64,000 bases of DNA, from the IMG/VR virus record IMGVR_UViG_3300022822_000008; one strand, given 5' to 3'. How positions within the stretch are numbered: the first letter of the stretch is position 1; each line of letters begins with the position of its first letter. The DNA is from a virus (lineage: Duplodnaviria > Heunggongvirae > Uroviricota > Caudoviricetes). The notes under the pieces are model-generated. The model saw nothing but the letters and a program-made list of their open reading frames with translations. It was not told where the DNA came from and did not search any database. This document shows positions 34,594 to 43,919 of this stretch, piece after piece. The position numbers and the translations under genes are program-made.

Positions 34594-35471
34594 TGTATTT
34601 TACTCATTTTGTTTTTTATTCGTTGATCATCATTATAGGTATTTAGTGATTTTTCAGTTACATAGTCAGCAATGATATTATGAGTATAAATTGCGTCAAT
34701 ATGATCTTTGAATATCTCTAGACCTTTTGCAGCGATTAAGTGAGTGACGTAGAGATCTACTTCATATCCCATTTCTTTCAATTTTACGGCGAGTGGAATA
34801 AAAGTACCTCCACCGTCTAAGATATCATCCACAATTAATACTCTTCGCTTGGATTTAACTAAATCTGCATGTGATTTGCAATTCAATTCCACACTTTCAA
34901 TTCTGCCAGTTTCAAGATTACGTTTCTTTAATGCATACAAAACAGGAACTCCAGACATTTCAGATATCTTTTGTATTTTGGTAACAGCGCCAGCGTCAGG
35001 AGAAACTATATAATCGTAATCTGCCATTTGGATATGAGATTTTTTCAAAGTTTCCCGTAGGCAAGTCGCCTGTGTATTAATAACGTAGTTAAGATAATGA
35101 TGATCTAAGGCCTGTTCATTATGCGGGTCGTTGATGTGGATTTCGTCAAAGTTAAATCTTGACAACCAATCTTGAAATACTCTCAGAGGCTCAGTATTTC
35201 CAGTTTGAAAGATTCTATCCGCACGAGCGTAAGGTAAATATCCCAATACTAGAATTTCTTGAATATTATCCATATCGAAAGTATCATAAATTGCATAGTA
35301 AAGCATTTCCATTTTTTCTTTCATTAGAGGAATGTTGTTAGTTTCATCTGTCACATCGATTGAGATGTATTTTTCAATTACTGCATCTGGGTCAACACGA
35401 CAGGTAATAGCAGAATCAGAGAAGGTTAACCATTGTACGTCGATCACTTCGTTGTTAGATATTAGTTGCAT
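34590..35471 (-). CDS. prs: Ribose-phosphate pyrophosphokinase-like protein (PRPP synthetase family)
   Basis: VSPDAGAV..KI flexible-loop motif and PRPP-binding loop RRVLIVDDILDGGGT. Confidence 0.65.
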   Translation of the reverse strand: MQLISNNEVIDVQWLTFSDSAITCRVDPDAVIEKYISIDVTDETNNIPLMKEKMEMLYYAIYDTFDMDNIQEILVLGYLPYARADRIFQTGNTEPLRVFQDWLSRFNFDEIHINDPHNEQALDHHYLNYVINTQATCLRETLKKSHIQMADYDYIVSPDAGAVTKIQKISEMSGVPVLYALKKRNLETGRIESVELNCKSHADLVKSKRRVLIVDDILDGGGTFIPLAVKLKEMGYEVDLYVTHLIAAKGLEIFKDHIDAIYTHNIIADYVTEKSLNTYNDDQRIKNKMSKIQ

Positions 35472-35554
35472 TATATAGATTCTCTTTATGTTGTTTAACG
35501 CGATAGGTCTATTATAACAAGATTATAACGACCTGTCAACCCTTATTTCAATTA

Positions 35555-36136
35555 TTAATGAATTAAAGCACCAGCGGGCATTTTTGGGAATTTGTAAATT
35601 GTTGCAGTTTTCGTAGGCGTTTTAACAATCGGAGTTTGTGTTACCTTAGCGTCTGGATGTATCAGAACAACCGCAGGTTCGAACGTCTCAGCGACACCCT
35701 TTGTGAGGATATATGGCTTATCGTGTGAACCGATGTTGATGTCTACGTAGTGTGAGCGGTGAAAATAATCAGTCATCGTATCGTCATCATTAAAAAATGA
35801 TGGTCCTTCCATTGCAGTTTTCAATTCCTCAAGGAACTGAGTGACAGTAGGACAATCGAACGACTCTGATATCCAATATGTGTTAACATCAATGCAATCT
35901 CTCGTTAGAACGTAGTTGAGGCGTTGTACATCATAAACATCATACATATCGTTTTTAAGACTTTTCAAAGCATTTCGTTTGTTCGCGGCAAGAAGGTCAA
36001 GGTCGCCTGATTTTATGTTAACGATGAGTGTGCTATGATGACGGACACCGATTGTACCTTTCATTCCAAATTTTTTCAAAACAGCCTTGATAGCCGGAGC
36101 GAGGTTTTTTTTGTTTTCTTGTGAAATATAAGCCAT
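35555..36136 (-). CDS. Hypothetical protein
   Basis: 193-aa ORF. Confidence 0.45.
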   Translation of the reverse strand: MAYISQENKKNLAPAIKAVLKKFGMKGTIGVRHHSTLIVNIKSGDLDLLAANKRNALKSLKNDMYDVYDVQRLNYVLTRDCIDVNTYWISESFDCPTVTQFLEELKTAMEGPSFFNDDDTMTDYFHRSHYVDINIGSHDKPYILTKGVAETFEPAVVLIHPDAKVTQTPIVKTPTKTATIYKFPKMPAGALIH

Positions 36137-36184
36137 GATTGTAATTCCTAATGATTGTTGTTTGTGTTTCGATTCAATATAAAT

Positions 36185-36214
36185 ATTATATCAAAGATTC
36201 ATCTTCAAGTCAAC
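36185..36214 (-). promoter_or_regulatory. Early promoter cassette with conserved leader
   Basis: GTTGAC-17-TTGATATAATATTTATATTGAATCGAAACACAAAC. Confidence 0.6.
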
Positions 36215-36226
36215 GTTTATTTCAGG

Positions 36227-36547
36227 TTATTTTTCAAGTAAGCGATGTTTTTTCAGTTTATTTTGAAACTTTATTTCTTCATGATGCATTTCAACGATTG
36301 TGTAAGCAAGAGCGTGCATTTTAATACCTACATAAGATATGGTGTGAGTGCTTCCATTCATTTCAATTTCAGCTGTCATTGTATTGTAGTCAATAAGAGC
36401 GTAGGCAATAATCTGGCCAAATCCGTCGATAACTGTAACTCGGGGAGAAGGCATTTCTTTTCTGAAGGTTGCACCGTATATTTTATTTTCGTAATCAAAA
36501 ACATAATCAGCATAAGCGTAGATGTAGAATTGTGGTTTTGTATTCAT
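36227..36547 (-). CDS. Hypothetical protein
   Basis: 106-aa ORF. Confidence 0.4.
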   Translation of the reverse strand: MNTKPQFYIYAYADYVFDYENKIYGATFRKEMPSPRVTVIDGFGQIIAYALIDYNTMTAEIEMNGSTHTISYVGIKMHALAYTIVEMHHEEIKFQNKLKKHRLLEK

Positions 36548-36594
36548 GATTTAATTCCTAATAATTGTCGTTTGTGTTTCGATTCAATACAACT

Positions 36595-36624
36595 ATTATA
36601 TCAAGTCTCACCTTCAAGTCAACT
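36595..36624 (-). promoter_or_regulatory. Early promoter cassette with conserved leader
   Basis: GTTGAC-17-TTGATATAATAGTTGTATTGAATCGAAACACAAACG. Confidence 0.6.
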
Positions 36625-36687
36625 TTATTATGAATCTTTTTCGTTTCTTTTGAAACGAAACCATCAGAATACACGAAAATAGATAAT

Positions 36688-36933
36688 TTATCTTTTTGAC
36701 CTCCCGATACACTGCCGAGTAAATGTATCTTGAAAAATTGACCAACCCCTATCCCAAGATATATGACGTCTCAAGGCCCAAAATTCGTCTGCGTATTGCT
36801 CGATATCATCTTCAAATATATAATGCCAAGGAGTTTCGTTGTGCGTTATAGAAACCCATTCATCAATAGAAAAAGATGGGTGAGTGAGTTTGTTACCGAG
36901 TCTCAGCGACTCCATTGCCTCTAATCTGTTCAT
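36688..36933 (-). CDS. Hypothetical protein
   Basis: 81-aa ORF. Confidence 0.4.
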   Translation of the reverse strand: MNRLEAMESLRLGNKLTHPSFSIDEWVSITHNETPWHYIFEDDIEQYADEFWALRRHISWDRGWSIFQDTFTRQCIGRSKR

Positions 36934-37340
36934 GATCTTTCCTGAATTGCTTTATAACCTTCCTCAATATAATCTAAACATGATGAAGGTAAATGCCCAG
37001 CATTTGTGCGAGTTGCAATGCGACACGCAAAGTCATGAACAAACCCAACTAGAGCATTTCCGTGGTGTAGCACATCATGAGATAGCTGTATATCAACCAT
37101 GCATTTATTTGTATAGGTATCAACTGTACCATATTTTTTGTTTATATATCCCAGTTGTATCAACTTTTCTACTGTAAACTCTTCAAGTTCGGGTGTATAC
37201 AAATCATCAGGAATAACTTGACCAACAGCACATTTAAAATTTCCACATTGCGATCTATAAACGCAGCCACCGTTAGAATTTACAGAAATTCTACCTTGCA
37301 ACATAGTTTTTACTATCATATCTCTCAATATTAATGACAT
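36930..37340 (-). CDS. LQG...GGC.YRS...C.IGQ.IP family protein (paralog 2)
   Basis: Shares MLQG....GGCxYRS....KCA(I/V)GQ(L/V)IP and C-terminal LP..CL.YIEE with 37340..37780; a weaker copy is at 40500..40916. Confidence 0.5.
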   Translation of the reverse strand: MSLILRDMIVKTMLQGRISVNSNGGCVYRSQCGNFKCAVGQVIPDDLYTPELEEFTVEKLIQLGYINKKYGTVDTYTNKCMVDIQLSHDVLHHGNALVGFVHDFACRIATRTNAGHLPSSCLDYIEEGYKAIQERS

Positions 37341-37780
37341 TATACTTCCTCAATATAGGTTAGACAAATTTCAGGTAAGACACCTTCCGCGACAGCATCC
37401 TTTATAAGACTAATGAATGATTTTACAAATAAATGTGGCTGCCTGCTAGAGCAGTCATGGGAAGCCTGTATTCTTTGTAATTGAAAATCTTTCTTTGCAG
37501 TAAGTTTACCATATTTTTTATACATCAAACCCTTCGCAAACAGTTTTTTTATAGACAGGCCTTCTATTTTGACATCATATTTTTTATTTGGTATTAATTG
37601 CCCAATTGCGCATTTATATTGTAAATCATTAGAACGATAGGCGCAGCCGCCTAAATAACCCACACAAGCCTTTCCCTGCAATATAGTTTTTTGTATTGAA
37701 TCTTTTAATACCTTTGACATAATTTTTATCTCATTTTGTTTCAGTGTGTTTATTCTATCAAATGTAAAATAGTATGTCAA
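37340..37780 (-). CDS. LQG...GGC.YRS...C.IGQ.IP family protein (paralog 1)
   Basis: See 36930..37340. Confidence 0.5.
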   Translation of the reverse strand: MTYYFTFDRINTLKQNEIKIMSKVLKDSIQKTILQGKACVGYLGGCAYRSNDLQYKCAIGQLIPNKKYDVKIEGLSIKKLFAKGLMYKKYGKLTAKKDFQLQRIQASHDCSSRQPHLFVKSFISLIKDAVAEGVLPEICLTYIEEV

Positions 37781-37828
37781 CCATTATTACAGCCTATACT
37801 AAAAAAGTTGACATAAGTCAACTTTGTT

Positions 37829-38164
37829 TTATTCAGGATAATCAATATTAATCCAGTCGGTGTCTTCGTCCATCAAGACAACGACTTCGCCGTATATGTC
37901 TTTCAGTTGTTGGTAAATACCTGTTGTGTTCATTCGTAAACCAAAACCATTTTTATGGCAGACATAAATAGAACCTGACGAACCATGGAAAAGATAGTTA
38001 TCTCCTTCTCTTGTCACTTTGACGATTCCGCTGTTCATGCGCCAAGAATCTCCGTCTAAGTATCCGCCGCTCCATCCTCCCAATACTTTATATAAACTTT
38101 TCTTCGTTGGCTTTACTATTTTTATTTCTAAAATCACCCAATTGTCTGGTGTGTATTGATTCAT
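37829..38164 (-). CDS. Hypothetical protein
   Basis: 111-aa ORF. Confidence 0.4.
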   Translation of the reverse strand: MNQYTPDNWVILEIKIVKPTKKSLYKVLGGWSGGYLDGDSWRMNSGIVKVTREGDNYLFHGSSGSIYVCHKNGFGLRMNTTGIYQQLKDIYGEVVVLMDEDTDWINIDYPE

Positions 38165-38475
38165 AATTTAAATTCCTTGACTAATTTACTATTTATTTTA
38201 CCAAAAACTAGGTCGTCTTTATCATATCTTGTTAATGATACCTCCTCATCAACAATTGCAAGATCATACCTCAATCCCCTTAATCGACCAGGATCTTCCA
38301 TTGAAATGAATTTATATTGCAGTAGGTCTACATCTAAAATAATATAATTTCCACTAACCACGGCTTTGTGACCGGACTCACATAACAGTCGGTATAATTT
38401 TATTTTTTCTTCATGCGCTTCTTGAGCAGAATTATAAACCTTCAGGACGCTTTTCATTTCTATAATCCAATTCAT
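38161..38475 (-). CDS. Hypothetical protein
   Basis: 104-aa ORF. Confidence 0.4.
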   Translation of the reverse strand: MNWIIEMKSVLKVYNSAQEAHEEKIKLYRLLCESGHKAVVSGNYIILDVDLLQYKFISMEDPGRLRGLRYDLAIVDEEVSLTRYDKDDLVFGKINSKLVKEFKL

Positions 38476-38827
38476 TTAGCATTGCTTGACGCATCTGGGG
38501 ATACATATAAGGACAGTCGGCGATCACAGCGTAAATGTGAGCGGTGTCCATGTCTCGTACAGATACATAAGTTTTTGGTTGATCACCTTTAGGTCCGTAG
38601 GTTCCCCACGTAGCAGCTTCACGAACAATTTCATGGCCGTCTGAAGTGCGTATAGAAAGGTCAACTTGATCGGCATGCGTTGAGCATCTAATGTAACTGA
38701 GACCACCATCGACCATATATTCTAAACCTGAAATTTCATCAGTATGTGTTTTATAGTCATGGCGAGTCAAGCTTTCAATTATCGTTCCGTCTGGAGTCTG
38801 AATTGCGTTTCTAATTAAATCGCTCAT
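38432..38827 (-). CDS. Hypothetical protein
   Basis: 131-aa ORF. Confidence 0.4.
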   Translation of the reverse strand: MSDLIRNAIQTPDGTIIESLTRHDYKTHTDEISGLEYMVDGGLSYIRCSTHADQVDLSIRTSDGHEIVREAATWGTYGPKGDQPKTYVSVRDMDTAHIYAVIADCPYMYPQMRQAMLNELDYRNEKRPEGL

Positions 38828-39087
38828 TATAATTTGCCTTGTGCCTGTTGATTAACCAGTTGAATTCTCCCACCTTCGAACATGTCATCCATGAAACCTG
38901 ATATGGGTGTACAGAATGATGGTTCGCCCATATCGTAAACTTTGTCTTCAGAAACCGCTTCGATAATATCACAAAAATATAAACCACGTGCTGCGTCAAT
39001 GTCGGTAATTGTACCTGTTATGTAGCAGTCCGTGCGGCCTGGGAAATCGAAAGATTTGATCGTCTCTCCAATTAGAAATCTAGTCAT
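38827..39087 (-). CDS. Hypothetical protein
   Basis: 86 aa downstream of the promoter cassette at 39123-39151. Confidence 0.4.
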   Translation of the reverse strand: MTRFLIGETIKSFDFPGRTDCYITGTITDIDAARGLYFCDIIEAVSEDKVYDMGEPSFCTPISGFMDDMFEGGRIQLVNQQAQGKL

Positions 39088-39122
39088 AATTTAATTCCGT
39101 TCGTTGTTTAATTCAATACAAT

Positions 39123-39151
39123 TATTATATCAAGATTGGCAGCATTGTCAA
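39123..39151 (-). promoter_or_regulatory. Early promoter cassette (leader variant ATTGAATTAAACAACGAACGG)
   Basis: GTTGAC-17-TTGATATAATAATTGTATTGAATTAAACAACG. Confidence 0.55.
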
Positions 39152-39360
39152 CCGTTATTTCAAATTTCGCCATCATATCTTTTAAACTCAGCACCATTTG
39201 AACATTTAAAGGAGGTAAAATCATAGTACACCAATTCTGCATCTACTGATAAACACTTTCTAGACAATGGCCCTTCTCGGGGTGATGTGTCAGTAAAAGA
39301 TGCAGCTGCCAAAGTAATAAGAACCCCAAGGATCAAACCTACAAAAAATACCATCATCGT

Positions 39361-40536
39361 TCATAATTTCATCCCTAACCAAGTTGAAAATTTATCCCAC
39401 TTAGTATTTGATCCTACATTAGATTTCACTTTAGACATCATCATATCTTCAACCTTCTTTGAATCAAGATATCCGAATATAAAGTAACCCAGAGACTTGT
39501 CGTCAAGTTGAGTAATGAATTCCAGCGCAATTGCTTTGCGATTGTCTCCGTACATATTCACAACAAACTTACACATCAGTCCTATTTCAAGTTCTTTATC
39601 TTCGATAGATTTGAAAAACAAGGCTTGTGTATCTTTAACTTTTTTCACATCAGCTTCAAGTAAAATAGGCAACACATCATCAACTTCGTTATTAATAATT
39701 AAATTAATAATATTACGCTGAGAACGTACTAAGTCTTTTACTTTATGAATGCGAACATACCACTCGTTTTTGATTTTAATCATATGACCGGAATCAAATC
39801 GAATAACGACACCCTCGCGTCCTTCCTCTAATTTTATTCCATCAGAAAACCCTTTTAAATTCTTATCAACTTGTCCGTATTCAGGTGCTTTATTAAAAGG
39901 AGGGTAATCTTCGAGAGGTAAGTATTCGCCTGTAATGTTATGACGAAGTGCTAACAAAACCAAATCAGCTGCTTCATATTCCAATACTATTTGATTATCA
40001 GGCGCGATAAATTCAAACAAAGGAGTCACATTAAATCTTAGACATTTTTCCATCCATCCGTAGGATATAGCAGAATCTTCCAATCCTGCAAGATAGGTTT
40101 CAGCCTGCATTGCAACATCAGTCACTCCCATTTTTGTACCTAAGCGAATATGACCATCAACCACAAAAGGGCGAATCATCGAACCATCCATTTTTTCCAT
40201 GACCGTATGAGGTTGAGTAATATCTACAACAGATGGTTGTGTTTCCTCACGTTCATTAAGATTGAAGAACTTATGGAATGGACGGCTGATGATTCGGCCC
40301 GTAGTATCGAAGATTAAACCGCGACATTCTCGGCGCATTGAACCAGTAAGAGGATTTCCTGCAATATCAAAAGTATCATCTTTACAGACGACATAGTTAA
40401 TTACAGTATAACCTTCTTTTTCGACTACAACAAACTCGGTGCGGCCTTCGATGTGCGGTAATACATCTTCGATTGTGTTGATAATTGGAAATTTATAATT
40501 CATTTTTTGCTTCCGCCTTGACCCATTGAAATCCAT
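39361..40536 (-). CDS. rnlA: RNA ligase 1 (T4 RnlA / gp63 family)
   Basis: ECRGLIFD, KFFNLNE and nucleotidyltransferase motif I EKMDGSM align with T4 Rnl1. Confidence 0.8.
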   Translation of the reverse strand: MDFNGSRRKQKMNYKFPIINTIEDVLPHIEGRTEFVVVEKEGYTVINYVVCKDDTFDIAGNPLTGSMRRECRGLIFDTTGRIISRPFHKFFNLNEREETQPSVVDITQPHTVMEKMDGSMIRPFVVDGHIRLGTKMGVTDVAMQAETYLAGLEDSAISYGWMEKCLRFNVTPLFEFIAPDNQIVLEYEAADLVLLALRHNITGEYLPLEDYPPFNKAPEYGQVDKNLKGFSDGIKLEEGREGVVIRFDSGHMIKIKNEWYVRIHKVKDLVRSQRNIINLIINNEVDDVLPILLEADVKKVKDTQALFFKSIEDKELEIGLMCKFVVNMYGDNRKAIALEFITQLDDKSLGYFIFGYLDSKKVEDMMMSKVKSNVGSNTKWDKFSTWLGMKL

Positions 40537-40916
40537 ACATCAATATTTGGATTGCTAACATCTAAGCCGTAAGACATAAATATGGGTTTTAGCGATCCTC
40601 TGTACTTAGCATTAACTATATCGTGAAAGCTTTGAATGTCTTTAAACAGATTTGCGTTATCTAAAATAATGTCGGGTAACAGATGTCTATCAAATGTATT
40701 AATTAAATCTTCTACATCACCCTGAAATTCCATTAAGTCTTTATTGTTATGATCCAATAAAAATCCTATTGAGCAATGTAGGCCGTCCCGGGTTCCATAT
40801 GCACAAGTGCCAAATAGTGTTATTGATTGCTCTCCTTGAAGTACCAATCGATCAATTACATAGTCGAAATTTTCTTGTAAGTTCATTTCAATATCTCCTG
40901 TTATTAATTTATGCAA
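40500..40916 (-). CDS. Hypothetical protein, distant member of the LQG..C.YG..C.IG family
   Basis: VLQGEQSITLFGTCAYGTRDGLHCSIGFLL; lies between the pnk kinase ORF and rnlA. Confidence 0.4.
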   Translation of the reverse strand: MHKLITGDIEMNLQENFDYVIDRLVLQGEQSITLFGTCAYGTRDGLHCSIGFLLDHNNKDLMEFQGDVEDLINTFDRHLLPDIILDNANLFKDIQSFHDIVNAKYRGSLKPIFMSYGLDVSNPNIDVWISMGQGGSKK

Positions 40917-40932
40917 CCATTATAACAAAATT

Positions 40933-41475
40933 TTAATCAGTGTCAACGACTAATTGACTCATTAACAAACCAGCCATCTCGCCATAAATATCTATAAATA
41001 TCACAGTATCAAATCCTTCTTTAAGAGTAGGTTCTTGATAAGATTCCTTCATGCTTTTTAATATGCCTGGCGGTATAGTCTTACCTGGTCGACTTTCAAG
41101 ACGTCGATTCCATTCCGCAATATCTTTTTCTGTTTTTGCAGGCAAAAAAGTCTGGCAAACTACTGTATAGCCTGCTTTGGTCATACGTTCCACGATCACT
41201 TTTCGCTTTTTAGAAGTGAGGTTAGTTTGATCCCATATAACATCTTGATTGTTCACTATGGCTTGAGTTAAACCCACTTCGCAAACTTTAATAGCAGGTT
41301 TAATCGTTTCCATAAAAACATCATTATATGTTTTATCTTCCAATTTAGCTACGGATTCTATATAAGCATCCGACGAATACACAAAAATATTTTTTGATGC
41401 TTTAGACGTCATTGTGCTTTTTCCTGAGGCAGGAAGACCAACCATTACGTGACAGAACTTTTGTTTCGTTTCCAT
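40933..41475 (-). CDS. pnk: Polynucleotide 5'-kinase domain protein (T4 Pnk N-terminal-domain homolog) as a stand-alone ORF
   Basis: Walker A GLPASGKST; SSDAYIE and DQTNLTSKKRK align with T4 Pnk kinase motifs. Confidence 0.65.
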   Translation of the reverse strand: METKQKFCHVMVGLPASGKSTMTSKASKNIFVYSSDAYIESVAKLEDKTYNDVFMETIKPAIKVCEVGLTQAIVNNQDVIWDQTNLTSKKRKVIVERMTKAGYTVVCQTFLPAKTEKDIAEWNRRLESRPGKTIPPGILKSMKESYQEPTLKEGFDTVIFIDIYGEMAGLLMSQLVVDTD

Positions 41476-41933
41476 TAGAAATCTACTCCACTTTGATTAC
41501 AATCAAATACCCAGATGCCTTCTTCGCGCCACATTTTGACAACACGAGGACGATCATCGAATACCATATCAGGCATCTGTTTATAACTTTCTATGATACC
41601 ATATAAGATTTCTCTCTTTACGATTGAGTCGCAGCGATAGTCACCGAATCTACGCATGTATAAATCATCATATTCTCCCATGCCATTTTCGCTCAACCAC
41701 GTTTCAGTATCTTTTCGTGTATCGTCAGAACGCCCAGATGCAAAGATTACATACACATTTGGATCTTCAATATAACGGATGCAAACGTCAACGGTTGCTT
41801 TAATAGGCAAATCAAATTTAATGGCCTTATTAAAAGCAGGCCAGTTTTTTGGTTTACATCTCACATATTTTAAACGGTGATCCAAGTTTGCAACAGTTCC
41901 ATCAATGTCAAACACTACTAATAATTTACTCAT
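41475..41933 (-). CDS. Polynucleotide 3'-phosphatase domain protein (HAD; T4 Pnk C-terminal-domain homolog) as a stand-alone ORF upstream of the kinase ORF
   Basis: DxDGT motif VVFDIDGTVA; C-terminus DDRPRVVKMWREEGIWVFDCNQSGVDF closely matches the T4 Pnk C-terminus. Confidence 0.7.
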   Translation of the reverse strand: MSKLLVVFDIDGTVANLDHRLKYVRCKPKNWPAFNKAIKFDLPIKATVDVCIRYIEDPNVYVIFASGRSDDTRKDTETWLSENGMGEYDDLYMRRFGDYRCDSIVKREILYGIIESYKQMPDMVFDDRPRVVKMWREEGIWVFDCNQSGVDF

Positions 41934-41942
41934 AATAATCTC

Positions 41943-42380
41943 TTAATCCGTAAAATCAATAAAGGGGCAAATTTTTGCTTTCTTAGCTTTAATATAAGAT
42001 ACGACTAATCCATCTTCAACTGGGACAAAGTCTCTGCTAAGGTATCTGCGATTTTTATAACGAGAATATATTTTTAATGCATAACTTCCACTATTCCATA
42101 CAAGCAATGCGTAAGAACCCGTTCCGAATATTAATGTAGCAGCTAAGATACCATCAGGCGAAAGTGTCACAACACCAAACAAAGTAAGGGGTACTGTGAA
42201 TATACCAACTAAGCATGCTAATGCCAAAATTACAATAGCAGATAAAATTAACAGCGCTATCCCAGGAAATATAGTGGTTGAAAACACGACTTGCCATAAA
42301 TATACGCACAAACTTCGACTTTGTACTATTTTCAATTTGCTTAACCATCTGTAATGCCACGACTTTGTACTAATTTTCAT
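41943..42380 (-). CDS. Integral membrane protein
   Basis: Several hydrophobic helices. Confidence 0.45.
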   Translation of the reverse strand: MKISTKSWHYRWLSKLKIVQSRSLCVYLWQVVFSTTIFPGIALLILSAIVILALACLVGIFTVPLTLFGVVTLSPDGILAATLIFGTGSYALLVWNSGSYALKIYSRYKNRRYLSRDFVPVEDGLVVSYIKAKKAKICPFIDFTD

Positions 42381-42381
42381 T

Positions 42382-42678
42382 TTAATCTTTCCTCATATAT
42401 GTATCTTTGGTTAATGGATGTACCATCAACATGTAGTCAATTGCTCTATGGCGGCTGACAAAACCGTAAACTAACGTAGGTATTTTATGTTTATATGTGT
42501 ACTCATCACCATAAACCATACATACCCAACTGTTATCATTTCTGGTGCCACTTTTGCCTATGCATCCTATGCTCGTTTCGCCAAGATGAAATGAATAATC
42601 AAATGGATGTGCATCAGATAATTTTTTAAATTTAAAATCATGAGGCACACCTTCGACAAATGCAAAATATTTACTCAT
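42382..42678 (-). CDS. Hypothetical protein
   Basis: 98-aa ORF. Confidence 0.4.
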   Translation of the reverse strand: MSKYFAFVEGVPHDFKFKKLSDAHPFDYSFHLGETSIGCIGKSGTRNDNSWVCMVYGDEYTYKHKIPTLVYGFVSRHRAIDYMLMVHPLTKDTYMRKD

Positions 42679-43115
42679 CTTAATTTAGACCTTAACATTT
42701 TCATATAAGATATTGCTTCTTTCAAGGAAGTGTCACTGTTTAAGTGAGGATGGTTTAATTCCTCAGGCGTGAAATAACCTGATGCCACAGCACGGTGCCT
42801 GCGTACCTTTTCCCCTGGCCCAGTGATAGAATCAGATAGGTCAAGGCCAATCACTCGAGTTATTTCTCTTTCAACAGCACTAGCTTCGTTTCTAATTCTA
42901 TTCTCATAATCTTCATCATTCTCTGTAGGTTGTCGATCCGATAGAGTACGCAAAGCCACAAAGCCGCATATACAGGCGGCATAACCACAAAAATGTGTGC
43001 TCTCATATCTAAATTGAACCCACTCTCTCATATCTAAAACTTCTTCCCTTGAGTTTGATAATTCTAAGGTTTCTATCAAATACGATAATAGTTGAACTTT
43101 ATTTAAACCATTCAT
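42675..43115 (-). CDS. Distant member of the CGY..CICG Cys-motif family
   Basis: HFCGYAACICGFVAL ... KEAISYMKMLRSKL. Confidence 0.4.
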   Translation of the reverse strand: MNGLNKVQLLSYLIETLELSNSREEVLDMREWVQFRYESTHFCGYAACICGFVALRTLSDRQPTENDEDYENRIRNEASAVEREITRVIGLDLSDSITGPGEKVRRHRAVASGYFTPEELNHPHLNSDTSLKEAISYMKMLRSKLR

Positions 43116-43654
43116 TTACTTAGACTCTCCAATAATTCTTCCGCTGTGTATGTACCATCAACTCTGATACCCCAATGGAGTAACGCCTGACGTCTCACAG
43201 GACTGCCAGTATTTTTTGTCCACGTGTCCATTTCAAAACGATTAGTAATATAAGTCAAATGTCGCTTAATTTTTTTCCAGCGCATAATTTGTCTAGCATC
43301 ATCATCGGTGCGGCGACCCATATAGAAACGGCAGTACCATTGAAACCAACCGCGCGGATCTTGTTCGTGAATCCAGCCACTATCACGCCACTCTTTAAGA
43401 TTTTGACTTGCCTTGCATTTGAAGAAATTAAGATTTACGTTGTATTTCTTTGAATCCAATTTAGCATTATCGAACCAAACAGCAGGAAATTCATCACGAC
43501 AGTCGGTCATGTATTTTCCGCCAAAGACGCCCATTTCAAGCATATCTTTTGGAGTCGCTGTAGGATTGAAGTTGTCTGGCAAATCGCCTACATTTGCGGG
43601 GCAGCCGTATTGATAATTCGACTGCATTTTATCATTAACAGTGACTAACCGCAT
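43112..43654 (-). CDS. Hypothetical protein
   Basis: 180-aa ORF. Confidence 0.45.
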   Translation of the reverse strand: MRLVTVNDKMQSNYQYGCPANVGDLPDNFNPTATPKDMLEMGVFGGKYMTDCRDEFPAVWFDNAKLDSKKYNVNLNFFKCKASQNLKEWRDSGWIHEQDPRGWFQWYCRFYMGRRTDDDARQIMRWKKIKRHLTYITNRFEMDTWTKNTGSPVRRQALLHWGIRVDGTYTAEELLESLSK

Positions 43655-43854
43655 ATGACAATCTCCAGTTTTTTGTCGTCTTCGAAGTGAAGGATTTCAT
43701 AATTCATAAAACCCATATTGGAAGCCAATTCTTGAAGTTCGAGTATCAAGAAATCTCTATCAATAGAGTCGTCTGTGACTATATCAAGAATACCTGAATG
43801 TGGGTTGAAAGTGAATTCGTGGTAAGATAAACCTTTTTTAAATACATTTCGCAT
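43645..43854 (-). CDS. Hypothetical protein
   Basis: Downstream of the promoter cassette at 43889-43917. Confidence 0.4.
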   Translation of the reverse strand: MRNVFKKGLSYHEFTFNPHSGILDIVTDDSIDRDFLILELQELASNMGFMNYEILHFEDDKKLEIVICG

Positions 43855-43888
43855 AATTATTCCGTTTGTTGTTTAATTCAATACAACT

Positions 43889-43917
43889 ATTATATCAAGC
43901 CTAATCTTAAAATCAAC
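43889..43917 (-). promoter_or_regulatory. Early promoter cassette (-35 variant GTTGAT)
   Basis: GTTGAT..TTGATATAATAGTTGTATTGAATTAAACAACAAACGG. Confidence 0.5.
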
Positions 43918-43919
43918 CA

